From positions 1-34,615 of the forward strand of contig JALMLS010000012.1 in the NCBI GenBank assembly GCA_038496445.1: a DNA stretch of 34,615 nucleotides, written 5' to 3'. Under the pieces are notes generated by a model. That model saw only the letters and a list, made by a program, of their open reading frames with translations. It ran no database searches and was not told the DNA's origin. This stretch comes from Trichosphaerium sp. ATCC 40318 (taxonomy: Eukaryota; Protista; Tubulinea). Within the stretch, counting starts at the first letter, position 1. Every line of letters starts with the position of its first letter. The position numbers and the translations under genes are program-made. Shown in pieces: positions 12,842 to 24,160 of the stretch.

Positions 12842-13555
12842 TTGACAACTGTAGGGACAAATACAAAAGTGCATGGTGATGGGTGGAGAGTTCAGCGTGT
12901 AATATACAAATGTGATAATCCATATAAAGTCACTTTGGATGTCAAACATAGTCACAACATTCGCACCACCAAAAGAAGTACTATTCAAATAGACTTGCTT
13001 GATGAGCCCAACAGTTCTGATTCTATGTTTGTACCCACCAACAACAATAGCAATGAGCATGATGAGGCTTTTTCAGTTGAAAATAAAGAGACTGCTAAAG
13101 CTACAATATTTGTTCCTGGTCCAAAACACAAGAGCATTTCTATTGTTGTTGTACTTGGTAGACGAAGGGCCTTGTGGTTTGAAAAGGCTGTGTGTATTAT
13201 GACATTTTTCAATATAATAGCTAAGTTGTTCTAGGGCAATAGAAAGTGGATTGTACGGGTGAAGATGACAATTAGTAACAAAACTTGTGAACACGATATG
13301 TGGGAAATAGAAACAAAAGAAATAACTGGCTTTAAGAGAGCATTTAAAGAATGGAAAGCCCAGCAGGACACTGTTCTAGAAAAGCTTGCAAAAATAGGAA
13401 TAGGACACTGTAATAATCCTTCTCGTATGTATCTAACAACTAGGTTTTGCAGTGGATGCCCTATGTATCGGCAATGGGTTACAATTGATGGAAAAACAAA
13501 GCTTGTTACCATTCCACAGTTTTATTGTACAAAATGCTTTTACAAGTGCCACTAG
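12842..13555 (+). CDS. Further coding exons inside the TIR element, ending in a Cys-rich putative Zn-binding segment; either the C-terminal extension of the protease or a second gene
   Basis: ORFs 12842-13234 and 13259-13555 separated by an intron-like stretch ending TTCTAG. C-terminus HCNN...FCSGC...YCTKCFYKCH*. Confidence 0.4.
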
Positions 13556-14569
13556 ATTGTATACATTGGTATAGATAATATCCCATACTAAACACTTGTA
13601 TTTGGGGCTTCTGTAGTATAGGAGAAGCATTTTGTGTAACTGAGGAAGGCGGGTTACACCTAACTATTTGTTTTAGGTAGAATGCTGTTGTATTTAACTT
13701 CTCTACTTGTTTTGTGAGCCGTACTGAGGTGTTGTCTAAATGTGTTATGTACTTTCATGGTTTGTATCAACGGTAAAATAGCCTATGTGTGATTTGAGGT
13801 AACATTTGGCGAGATAACACAGCTTTTTGCTTTTTTTGCAAATGTAAAAAAAGGCTAACATCCATGCGCATTTGGATGCATATTTTTTGCATTTTCAGCA
13901 CCGCCAAAAACAGCACGGCAGCACTATAAAAGAACAGCGGAGTTGTTTCCGAACGGTTTTACTTCATTTCAGTGAGCTGGGCTTATTCAGCGCATAGAGA
14001 TATTAAGTGACAACAGTTGTGTTTTCTAAACACTAGTAGCTGCTCTTTTTACCCTTTAGTAGAGAATTTAAACGATTTGAACTGTAATGTTCCACAAGAA
14101 CGGACAAACAAAACGTGCGGTGTTTTGTATGAGATTGACAGTAATCCTTCACCGTGAAACATTGAAAAAAAAAACCCGACAAGCGAATAAACACGTGATA
14201 GCTGCTCCACAACCATAAATTGTTTCACCTCCTGTTCCAACTAACAACAAAGTGCAGCCAGTCAGTCTCTGCACTTTATAAAACAATAGCTGCTTTAACT
14301 ATTCTTTATCCATATTCTAGTAAGCGGCTATAATGTTCACAAAGTACGGGAAACATGAATTAAAAACCATTTTTCAGTGAGGTTTGCATGAGCAGTATTC
14401 CAATACAATGTCAATGTATGAAGGTGATTTATTCAAAATGAATTTACAAGTTTGTCTCAAGGTAACACTTGTCTCTATCAACGTAATATGGTACTCTGCA
14501 ACGTACGTGGTTCAAGTTTGTATCACAGCCTACTTCATAACCCATCGACAGCTTAACTTGGTCTGTTAC

Positions 14570-15516
14570 TTAACTCTTTAGTACGAACCCTTTAAGTGAC
14601 ATAATACCCTCACCTGTAATGTTATTACAACCTCTCAGGGAAATATAATTGACACCAGCCAGAGCCTTGATACCATCATCTGTGATTTGTTTACAATGTT
14701 CAAGCCAAATCTTGTGTACTCCAGCAAGTGCCCGTAACCCTTCATCTGTTATATTTGTACTATTTAGAACGATGGTGTTGATACTGGAAAGAGCTTTCAA
14801 CCCTTCATCTGTGATGTGCTTACAAGAATCAAGATAAATAGTATGAGTGGAAGCAAACGCTGTTAACCCTTCATCTGTTACACTTGTATCACCAAGATCA
14901 ATACTATGAACTCCAGTAAGAGCTTTTATCCCTTCATCTGAAATATTCTCACAGCCACACAGGTCTATGGTATGTACTCCAGCAAGCGCTTTTAACCCTT
15001 CATCTGATATACTTGTACAAGTGAGATCAATACTATGAACTCCAGAAAGCGGTTTTATCCCTTCATCTGAAATACTGTTACAGCCATACAGCGCAATGGT
15101 ATGTACTCCAACAAGTGCTTTTAAACCTTCATCTGTTACGTATGTATCACTGAGATCAATTTCACGAACACCAGCAAATACTTTGACAATAGAATCGGTA
15201 TTGGATAGCTCCCTCACTTTGATTTTTGTATGCTGGAGAGTACTTGAATGTTTTAAAACTGATTTTGCTTGCGAGATACTTGCAATACAAACGCTACTGT
15301 ATCCGATTGTATCATGAATGATAGATGCAAGCCGATGGCATGTTTGTGCCACTGCAAACCTCGCTTTTGTCGTTTGACGCAGAATATGTGCTAAAATCTC
15401 TGTAGGGAGGTCTAAAACGCTTTCTTGTGCACCTCTATAATGTTAGAATAGTTTATAGACTAATTAGCACGTGCTAAGTACCTTTGGTCTTTTACGTCCA
15501 GTCTGTTTGTTGTCAT
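14570..15516 (-). CDS. F-box + leucine-rich repeat protein (FBXL/AMN1-like), one 5' intron
   Basis: ATG 15516: MTTNRLDVKDQ|RGAQESVLDLPTEILAHILRQ...VAQTCHRL (F-box). Nine LRRs of consensus VHTIDLxxCxxITDEGLKALxG, with the DNA repeat CCTTCATCTG recurring. Confidence 0.88.
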
Positions 15517-16209
15517 ATGATTTGATCCCAAAAACGCCGCTGATGTAAGTTATATTGGCCACAGAAGAAACGCTTTTCAATAAGCCACTCCTGTTTAAGT
15601 TACACAAGCTTGGCAATTTAGTGGATGCAAATAGCTAGAACATTTTTAACTTCTTAAACGAAATACAGTGCAAAGACCAAATGAAACACGTGTAGTACTG
15701 GTAAGGAATGCTTGCAGAGGAGTGTGGTAGCCATTTCACTAAAAAGAGACACAAAAGATAACTGTTTTGGCATTGATGCGAACTTAGACTTTACGTGCTT
15801 GTGATGATTGGTGGTAATCTACTGAATTTTTAAAGACCATGAAGAAGAAAGCAAAAAATATCACGTTTTCTTCAAGTATTGACTACTTACGCTATCTCAA
15901 GATTCTGGCCTCTTAATATTCGACTACCAAAGCCATAGATACTAACTTTGCAAGGTTAATTTCGTAAGAAACACAATTGGGAGGATGATTACAATGTCTA
16001 GTGGCTCTAGCGCAGCCCTTTTGTTGACTAGGAATATATTAAGGCACAGGTTCTATTGCTAGTTAAGAAGGAGAAGATGTGTCGGTTGAGATGTATTTAT
16101 GTTTATTATTAAATAATGATTGTCAAGTACAAAAGCAATTTTATTCAATCAATTTCTATCAGCGTCTTTCCATTCGAATATATTACTTCCTTATAGCCTT
16201 GTTTTTGTT

Positions 16210-16584
16210 TTATATACACAGGATGTGGGATATTGTTTTTGTTGGCTTGTTTGCGCTGATAATCTACCGAAGATTATTTGATGAAAAAAGAAAGTAAAAA
16301 ATCAATCAGTTGTTGATTTGTTTAACAAGTTAAACCGTACTTTCTTGTATTGCTTCTTTATACGCTAATTCTAGAGGCTCTATGAGGTCTAGATACTTAT
16401 CTCTCCTTTGTGGTAGTGGTGGGCTTTAAAGGTGTTAACACAGAGCTCCTAAAACGATAATATTGAATTACCTTTGGGTTTGTGAATTTGCTGCTCTATG
16501 ATAGCGCTGTCCATTATTAGGTTGTGTACTATTGCTTGATTTCTTTTGATATTGATGATAATTCCAAGGCTGTGGTGACGTCAT
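16210..16584 (-). CDS. Small 3-exon hypothetical protein (Q/N/P-rich)
   Basis: MTSPQPWNYHQYQKK...QTQ|SPPLPQRRDKYLDLIEPLELAYKKQYKK|IISANK...*, joined by GTAATT..AAG and GTACGG..TAG introns. No recognisable domain. Confidence 0.4.
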
Positions 16585-16919
16585 TGTTGTTGATGGTTTT
16601 GTTTTTTACACTCTATCTAGGTTTTGCCATGCAAAAACTGTTCAAGAATCCCAAAGTAGTATGTGCAGATTTTCCTATCCAGAATGAGTAATGTTCGCTA
16701 TTAAATACGTTAAGATATTAGCCCTAAAACCCAACAAAAAGTTTATCAATCAATCAGTAAAGAAAAGAATTCTGCTTACACTTTTCCACCAGTACATCTG
16801 TTTATCATAAGTTACAAACCTGACTTGTATAGACATCTAAGACTTGAACATTTGTTACCCCTAAAGGAGAAGTACAGCCTCTTTAACCTTTAAATTTAGT
16901 TCATGTTTATTGACGCATG

Positions 16920-17798
16920 TTACAACAACCATGTTTTAAAAGAGTTTGGTTCCAACTCAATGTATTCTATGCCCAATGTTTCAACGGATTCTTTCGTAAC
17001 ATAAATGCGTTTACCAACTTCAATAGTTCTTAGTGATGTTAAATATTCCAAACATGAGTCTGTGATGTTGGAACAATCGTCAATCCTTAGGTGTTCTACA
17101 TTAATTAAATGCTTCAAACCTTCATCTGTTATCCTGTGGCAATACACGAGATGTAATCTTTTTACTTTTCTCAACGATTTGATTCCGTAATCTGTGATTG
17201 ATGACCCATAAAAAATAGTAACTGTGTGAACGTTTCTTAGGTGCTTTAGCCATGAGTCTTGTGGTTCACGGAGGGTAATTTGGTGTACACGTGTTAGCGC
17301 TTTAATTCCGTTAACAGTAATGTTATGGCAACCAAAAAGGTTAATGGTGTGGACTCCAGTGAGTGCCTTTAGTGAAGCATCCGTAATATCTGAGTGTGCC
17401 AAGTCAAGATAGTAAAAGATATGTTTCCCTCCTTGTAATAACCGGAGAATACAAGCATCTGAACCGCTTGCTTTTTTTATACTTAGAGAGCGAACACCAT
17501 TAAGTAAAGCCAAGTCGCTCTCTGAAACGTCGTATGCTTCTGAGTGAGGGCCTTCTATAGTAGTGTTTTTGAGCAATGGGCTGAGTTTACCGCTGAGAAA
17601 GTGAACATCTGACGACAAGTTTTTTAATTTGATCCTATCAAGGCCAATAATGTACCGAATGATATCTTTGAAGCCATGAGAAACCTCAGAAGCCGTAATA
17701 CGATGGTTTCGGTTTAAATAACGTAAAATATGCGTTAACGTCTCTGGCGGTAAGGAGTGTTCGGTTTCTTTTATTTCTAATGGTCGTTTAGCTGACAT
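16920..17798 (-). CDS. Intronless F-box + LRR protein
   Basis: ATG 17798: MSAKRP...SLPPETLTHILRYL...ASEVSHGF (F-box), then LRRs (VHTINLFGCHNITVNGIKAL, LHLVYCHRITDEGLKHL). Paralog of 14570-15516. Confidence 0.88.
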   Translation of the reverse strand: MSAKRPLEIKETEHSLPPETLTHILRYLNRNHRITASEVSHGFKDIIRYIIGLDRIKLKNLSSDVHFLSGKLSPLLKNTTIEGPHSEAYDVSESDLALLNGVRSLSIKKASGSDACILRLLQGGKHIFYYLDLAHSDITDASLKALTGVHTINLFGCHNITVNGIKALTRVHQITLREPQDSWLKHLRNVHTVTIFYGSSITDYGIKSLRKVKRLHLVYCHRITDEGLKHLINVEHLRIDDCSNITDSCLEYLTSLRTIEVGKRIYVTKESVETLGIEYIELEPNSFKTWLL

Positions 17799-18131
17799 TA
17801 AATTGTGAACGATGGTAGATTGTGTCACGTGTTTAAAAAGTAATATTACTTCAATTGACCCAAACGGCAATGGTTCTCTTTATGTTTTTGACGTTCGAAA
17901 TTCTCTAGCTTGGATACATTGTTAAACAGGTCTATCTATTTCTCATCACGAACACAACAAGCTAAATAGCAAGATAGTTGGGCAGTCACTCCTCTCTACA
18001 TGGTCTTCTCGTTGTATATACAACATATTCGCTGTATAAGAACAAGGACATGGGCCTTAACTCACTGATGTAAGTACTTCTACTGAAGTTGTTCAGAGAA
18101 TAAGCTTTGTATTTTTCACAGCTTTTACAAC

Positions 18132-18615
18132 ATGTCTAAAAGGCGTTCTGCAGGCTTCGAGCCGTCTAAAATGTTATCAACATCGCTAATAAATACACAT
18201 GAAGACACTTGTAGTAGAATCAGACCCGTTAAACAAAGAATGAACTCAAATGGAAACGAAATGGGTATCAATCTCCCCCAACATACACTAGAGTGCGTCC
18301 CTGCAAATATTAACAATATAAACGGTTCGGGGTTAACGAATACATCAAAGACTTAGTTCTTTCATCCTTGCTGACGAGAGTGAATTTGAGAAAGAATTAG
18401 CATCGCTGAAGATGCTTCGCAAGGAAGGTTACCTGAATGATGCACAATATGTTAACAGACGCAAAGGTTTACTGTTATCTTCAAAACTAGCTAATGAACA
18501 ACATGCTTACATGGTAACGTTTGTTTATTTGATAGCTTTATTGCAAACTTACACTATCGAAGGTCTTTCAGCCTCGGTGGCAATGGTTATAGTTCAACCC
18601 ACCGTTATTGTGTAA
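18132..18615 (+). pseudogene. Possible gene relic with a SHOCT-like motif
   Basis: Broken ORFs. EFEKELASLKMLRKEGYLNDAQYVNRRKGLL resembles the SHOCT pattern LxxLxxLxxxGxIxxxEYxxxKxxLL. Confidence 0.25.
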
Positions 18616-19196
18616 ACAAATTCCATGCTAATTGTTTTTCAATAAATAAAAATTCAGTTGTCTACAAAGAGTTGCGAAAACAATATCTGTGCAACCTCAT
18701 GTAAAATTTACGTGGTGAAGTAATGTAAAGTCTGATACTACATTTTATTACAAATCACGTGATAAAAAAACACACACGCGTGCGATTTACAACTACATCC
18801 ACAATAGGCGAGTGTATGTGGAAATACTGTATCATGGTCTGTGTAAGGTACACATACAGTTCGAAACGGTTTACAAACGTTCGAAAAAAGAAAAAAATGT
18901 TCGAAAAAATTGTTCGCAAAATCAAAAAGTTCGAAAAAACATTATAAAACACTGCAACCGACACTCGCAATACGTGAACTCAAAATTACGTACCAATTTC
19001 CTAAAACAAACGTTGCAGAGCTATCACGTGATAAAAAAGCCAAAAGGCACGTAAAAAGCTGTCGTATACGTTGTCATGTTGAGCGCTAACGGAACATTAA
19101 CAAATGCGCGTGAAAAACCACTTTCGATCAAGGAAATGTATTTGACTACCTCCGTCATATCTTTTTTCTTTGTCGGACTTATCAAGTTTGAGTTGG

Positions 19197-22100
19197 ATGA
19201 GTCGGGAGGTAGTTAGATTAACGCCTTTTTAATTCTCTTTTTTAGCAAAGTGAGGAAAACGGAAAACCAAGAAGTATAACATCTGCGGTTGCATATCATG
19301 TTACACCGAGACTTAAAAGGTATTGTTGTTACCAAGTCCTTAAATATAATAGTATTACCTAGCCGAACTGAAGAAACTTGGATCAGCACTGCGCAAGCTT
19401 AATCCTAATACTTCTATCTTGAGTAAATATTTTGATTTGAGACAGCTTAAGGATGTTGAGAAAATAACAACAGGTACAGTGTACACAGTTGTGTCCATTT
19501 ACGTTATTTGTAGTATACAAACTACAGAATCTATATAACGGAGAGACAGCCAATAAACTTCTACTTGTTTCAGGTTTGTTTATTAACATTAGTACATGTT
19601 AACCATCAATTTAGCTTATGCTGATTTGCCAAATATTAAATCGATGTGCTTACATGTGGGAGCAAATGCCAATGCTAAAGATAAATATGGACAAACAGCT
19701 TTACACAAAGCAGGTACTCTGATGTTCTTAATACAATGTATGCTCTAACACTTTTCAGCATTTTGTGGACGCCTCGAGGCTGTTATATTATTGCTCAATG
19801 CAAATGCAGATATAAGTGCTACAGACAAAGACGGCGAGACACCTTTACAAGTTGCTGGTACTGTTGTACATATAATGTATGTTCTATCTAACATGCTCCA
19901 GCTTTTTGTGGACACAAAGATATTGTCAATTTATTGATTGATAAAGATGCAAATGTCAATGCTACAGATAAGTATGGACAAACAGCTTTACACAAAGCAG
20001 GTACGTGATGAAAACATAAAATGTATGGTCTAACACATTCCAGCATGCCGTGGACACAATGATATTGTTGACTTATTGCTCAAGGCAGGTGCCAATGTAA
20101 ATGGTACAGACAACGACGGAGAGACAGCCTTGTACAAAGCAGGTACTTATTGCGTTGCAAATAGAGTACATGTTCTCACACTTCGCAGCATGCCGTGTAC
20201 ACTACGATACTGTCAAATTATTGATCGATGCAGATGCAAATGTCAATGCTACAAATGCACAAACAGCTTTAGACGTTGCTGGTACTGTAATGTAAAAAAA
20301 TGATGTTCTAACACCTTCCAGCATGCCGTGGAGACCATGATACCGTTAAGTTATTGATCAATGCACAAGTGAATATCAATGTTACAAACAAAGAAGGACA
20401 CAGCTTTATACCAATCAGGCACACGCACTGTAACAGTATATGTTCTAATACTTTACAGCGTTTTATGGGCACAATTACAGTGTTAAATTATTGATCAAAG
20501 CGAAAGCAGATATCAATGCTACAGATATAGATGAAGAAACAGCTTTACATGCTGCAGGTAGTAAATTGTAAATATACAATTTTTTTACACTTTCCAGCAT
20601 GCTGTGGACACGTTGATACTGCAAACTTATTGATTGCATCAAAAGCAAATATCGATGCTACCAATATACATGGACAAACTCCTTTACACAAAGCAGGTAC
20701 TGTTGTAAAATATACAATGTATGTTCTCACATTTTCCAGTATGCCAAGGACAACGATATTGTCAGATTATTGATCACAGCAAAAGCAAATATGAATGTTA
20801 AAGATAAAGATGGAGAGACAGCTTTACACAAAGCAGGCATGTGATGTAAATATACAACATATGTTCTAACACTTTCCAGTATGCCGTGAACACTATGATA
20901 CTGTTAAATTATTGATCGATGCAGATACAAATATTAATGCCACAAATAAGCATGGACACACAGCTTTGTACCAATCGGGTAATCTGTGTTGTAACAATGA
21001 ACATACTAAAACTTTCCAGCATTTTGTGGGTACAAAAGTATTATTGCATTATTGATCGGAGCGAATGCAAATGTCAATGCTGTGGACAAAGGTGGACAAA
21101 CAGCTCTACATGCTGCAGGTAGTAAATTGTAAAGTATGCAATGCTAACACGTTTCAGCATATAATGGACACGATGCTACTGCAAACTTACTGATCAATGC
21201 AAATGCAAATATCAATGCTATTAATAAACGTGAACAAACAGCTTTACATTTAACAGGTACCTGATGTAAATATACAAAGCAGTTTATAACACTTTCCAGC
21301 ATACTGTGGACACTACATTGTCGTTAAATTATTGATAAATGCAGATGCAAATGTCAATGCTAAAGATATAAATGGACAAACAGCTTTACACAAAGCAGAT
21401 ACTGTGATATAAATATAAAATGTTCTCACATGTTCCAGCATGCCGTGGACACAACAGTTCTGTTAAATTATTGCTCAAGGCAGATGCAAATGTCAATATT
21501 GCAGATAAAGATGGACAAACAGCTTTACATGTTTCTGGTATAAACATCAGTTGGAGTTACAAAATATCTTATACTTGTTAGTTGACTGTGATGACAGTAG
21601 AGTAGCGGAGCAGTTAATTAAACATGGCGCAAATGTTGAAGCACTAGACAATAAAGGATGGACACCTTTATTTTATGCAGGTTATACTACATTACCAACA
21701 CAAAGACTCTAACTATTAGTAGCACAATATAAATATTCTAAAGTGTTTCTCATCTTATCAAAAGCAAGTGATGTTTTTTCTCAGACCATGAGAGGACAGA
21801 AGTTTGATTTTAAATTTGTATTGAAAAAGGTGGTTGATAATGATCCTGCGTACACCAAAGTGTTTGAAACTCTTTTGACACACTTTCCAACCAATGGACA
21901 CACTCGTTCACTATGGGTTTCATGTGCACATATAAAGAGTGAGGAATATGTAAGGCTAGGTATTATATTTGCTGATGAATGGAGATGCAAGCTTGCAAAA
22001 TGGTTGCAATACTTGGTACAGCTTTAATTCAAAAAGTGTTGACTGATCATACACCAAGCCAACACGCTCTTATTTTAAGCTTGCAATGCAAAAAGGTATT

Positions 22101-24160
22101 TGCGCTCTAATCTGTACTTACAATCGCATATTTGTACAATCCTCGGTACCAACACATTTTGCATTCAAACAGTTTTAATTTCCTTGTTAGAGCTTTTGGG
22201 TTGAGCAAGGAGGACTAATGGAAGGTATTTTGTATGATTTACCAGATGATATGTGGAGTAAAAAAACAAGCCAAGTTCGGACCATTTATCAAATGTGTGA
22301 AGAAGAAGGCTGGTGTATAAACTCCATTCAACCAGATTTTAAACATTGTATGTGACGATAGTATAAAATCGCTGCTAACTGTTGCATAGCATTTAGGGAG
22401 TTTTATACATGCAACTATTGTGCTCAACACCAATATACAGGAAATGTTGTATGTCAATATATAACATTTTTTGTTTAATCTGTGGGTAGAAGCTTATTGC
22501 TGATCACCTCAAATGTAAGCGTGGTAAATATGCTATTCAGCCTATCACCCCAAATAGAGTATTATGTGATACTACAGCTGGTACAATCAATTGTCTCTGA
22601 CAACCATTTAAGTTTCATAACAGGACTAAAAAGTAAGACATCATGGAACTTAAATCCACGATTGGAGTATGCGTGCGGTTGGGATAGATCAAACAACAAG
22701 TGAGTTGTTCATCTTTTAACCTAACATTGTTTAATATTTTACAGAGGTTTTAATGAAAAAGCAACCCATTATAGAACATTGGACCTATTTGATGAGACTG
22801 ACACTGTAGCCAAACGAGAACTAAAGTTTCTTCATGAACAGATGTCAAAAATGCATGGATATGATCAAGTCACTGTTAAATCAGCATATCTTGTTTGCAA
22901 TGATGTCTTGCTTCAGAACTTTGGGATGTACAACACAATACTTAAACATAGGCACCAGTACGTACACAGTATACATGCACATGTTTTAGGAAATATTGAT
23001 TGTTACCTAGAGAACTACCAAAGTTATTTTGTAAGAATGATTGGAGGCGTGATGCCAATCAACGTACAAGTGTTTTTGATAAGTTTTTATCTTTGATACC
23101 CAGATCAACCAACAGCACAAAGGTACTACTATAGTAACAACAATAACTTGTGACTAATTGTTCAGTTACCTGTTGTGTTAATGGCACATGGAACACGTGC
23201 TGAAGCAGCATATAGTATTGTAAAAGCTGGATTTGGAACTGTAAGTGCATTGGATGCTGGATATTATGGACAAGGAATCTATTTTACAGTACTACTTAAT
23301 CATCACTTTGTTCTTGTTCTAATATGTTATTGTAGAGTAGTCTCACATATGCTTGTTCTTATGATAGCACCACTAAAGGCGGAAAAACACTGATTTTGAG
23401 TTTAGTTATACCTGGCAATGTGTATCCTGTACACACACATGGGTTCTATGTTTATTTACAATATTGGTAGGTAATTGAAAAACCTAGTGATGTTATCAAC
23501 TTTCAGGGTAAGCCTATTAAACCTGGGTACCAAAGTCATTATGCAGTGGTAAACAAAAAGGGAGAAGCTTTAAGCAACAATATTGATAAATGCAAATGGG
23601 ATGAGTTGGTTGTGGCTCAAGGTAAATAGTATCACGTGATGACAGGCCAGTGTTTTTTACTGTTAATTTAGATGTACAAGCTGTGGCACGATATGTCATT
23701 ACAGTTGTAAAGAAGCCAAGAAAACGGGTGACTCAAAAAAAAAGTAAGGCTACAAAAAAGAAATCAAACAAGCCAACGAAGACCAAGAGCATCAAAACAA
23801 TTGGAAGTGATAACATAGAAAACAAAGAGATTTTGAAATCAGAAGATGATAGCGAGTCAGATGAGTTGTCTGATGAAGATTCATTTATCACTAAACGGTA
23901 AGGCAATAACACTAAAATATCTTACTTATTTACTGTGAAGAAAATTATGGGCAGCTGCAAATCCAAATCAACCTGATCAACCATGCACACAAGACCAGCG
24001 TGTAATATCACTAAAAAAAGAAGTCACAAGGCTCAAACAAGAAAATAAAACCGTCCTTGACTGCAATGCCAAGCTGGAGGAAGACAAGGCACTATTGGAA
24101 GAAGAAATTGCCAAACTACTTGCCCAAATTGCAAGTCTCAAGAGCAATGTGAGCTCATAA
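19197..24160 (+). CDS. Ankyrin-repeat + PARP-like ADP-ribosyltransferase, copy 1 (15 ankyrin exons); lesions in the 5' part, catalytic part intact
   Basis: Ankyrin exons 19615-21680. Catalytic exons PVVLMAHGT...AGYYGQGIYFT|SSLTYACSY...LVIPGNVYP|...GYQSHY...WDELVVAQ give an H-Y-E triad. Lys-rich, acidic and coiled-coil tail; TAA 24158-24160. Frameshift near 19300 and in two ankyrin exons. Confidence 0.85.
19615..21680 (+). repeat. Tandem array of 15 exon+intron units (~140 bp period), one ankyrin repeat per phase-1 exon
   Basis: Exon starts: 19615, 19759, 19902, 20044, 20189, 20322, 20459, 20598, 20740, 20880, 21020, 21158, 21300, 21439, 21582. Twelve are 99 nt, one is 93 nt, two are 97 nt. 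Introns are 39-46 nt and mutually similar (GTAC....TGTTCTAACACTTTCCAG). Confidence 0.93.

Larger units (their letters stand above)
11584..14004. mobile_element. 2.4-kb TIR-bounded DNA element, apparently non-autonomous, carrying a protease gene
   Basis: Perfect 21-bp inverted repeat AATATCTCTATGCGCTGAATA (11584-11604) / TATTCAGCGCATAGAGATATT (13984-14004). It can be parsed as a 16-bp TIR plus ATAT TSD (11585-11588, 14000-14003) or as an 17-bp TIR plus TA TSD. No transposase recognised inside. Confidence 0.75.

Noticed and set aside
14249-14331. Short hairpins followed by CTAG as a Helitron 3' end
   Set aside because: Stems are only 9-10 bp, spacing to CTAG is atypical, and no matching 5' end or Rep/helicase is seen.
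21399-21438. AT-starting intron as a U12-type intron
   Set aside because: It lacks the ATATCCTT donor and AC acceptor, and the paralogous intron starts GT, so it is a point variant of a U2 donor.
19615-21680. Regularly spaced ACAGCTTTACACAAAGCAGGTAC repeats as a CRISPR-like array
   Set aside because: The repeats are the conserved TALHKA codons plus splice donor of ankyrin exons, the 'spacers' are homologous to each other, the context is eukaryotic, and no cas genes are present.
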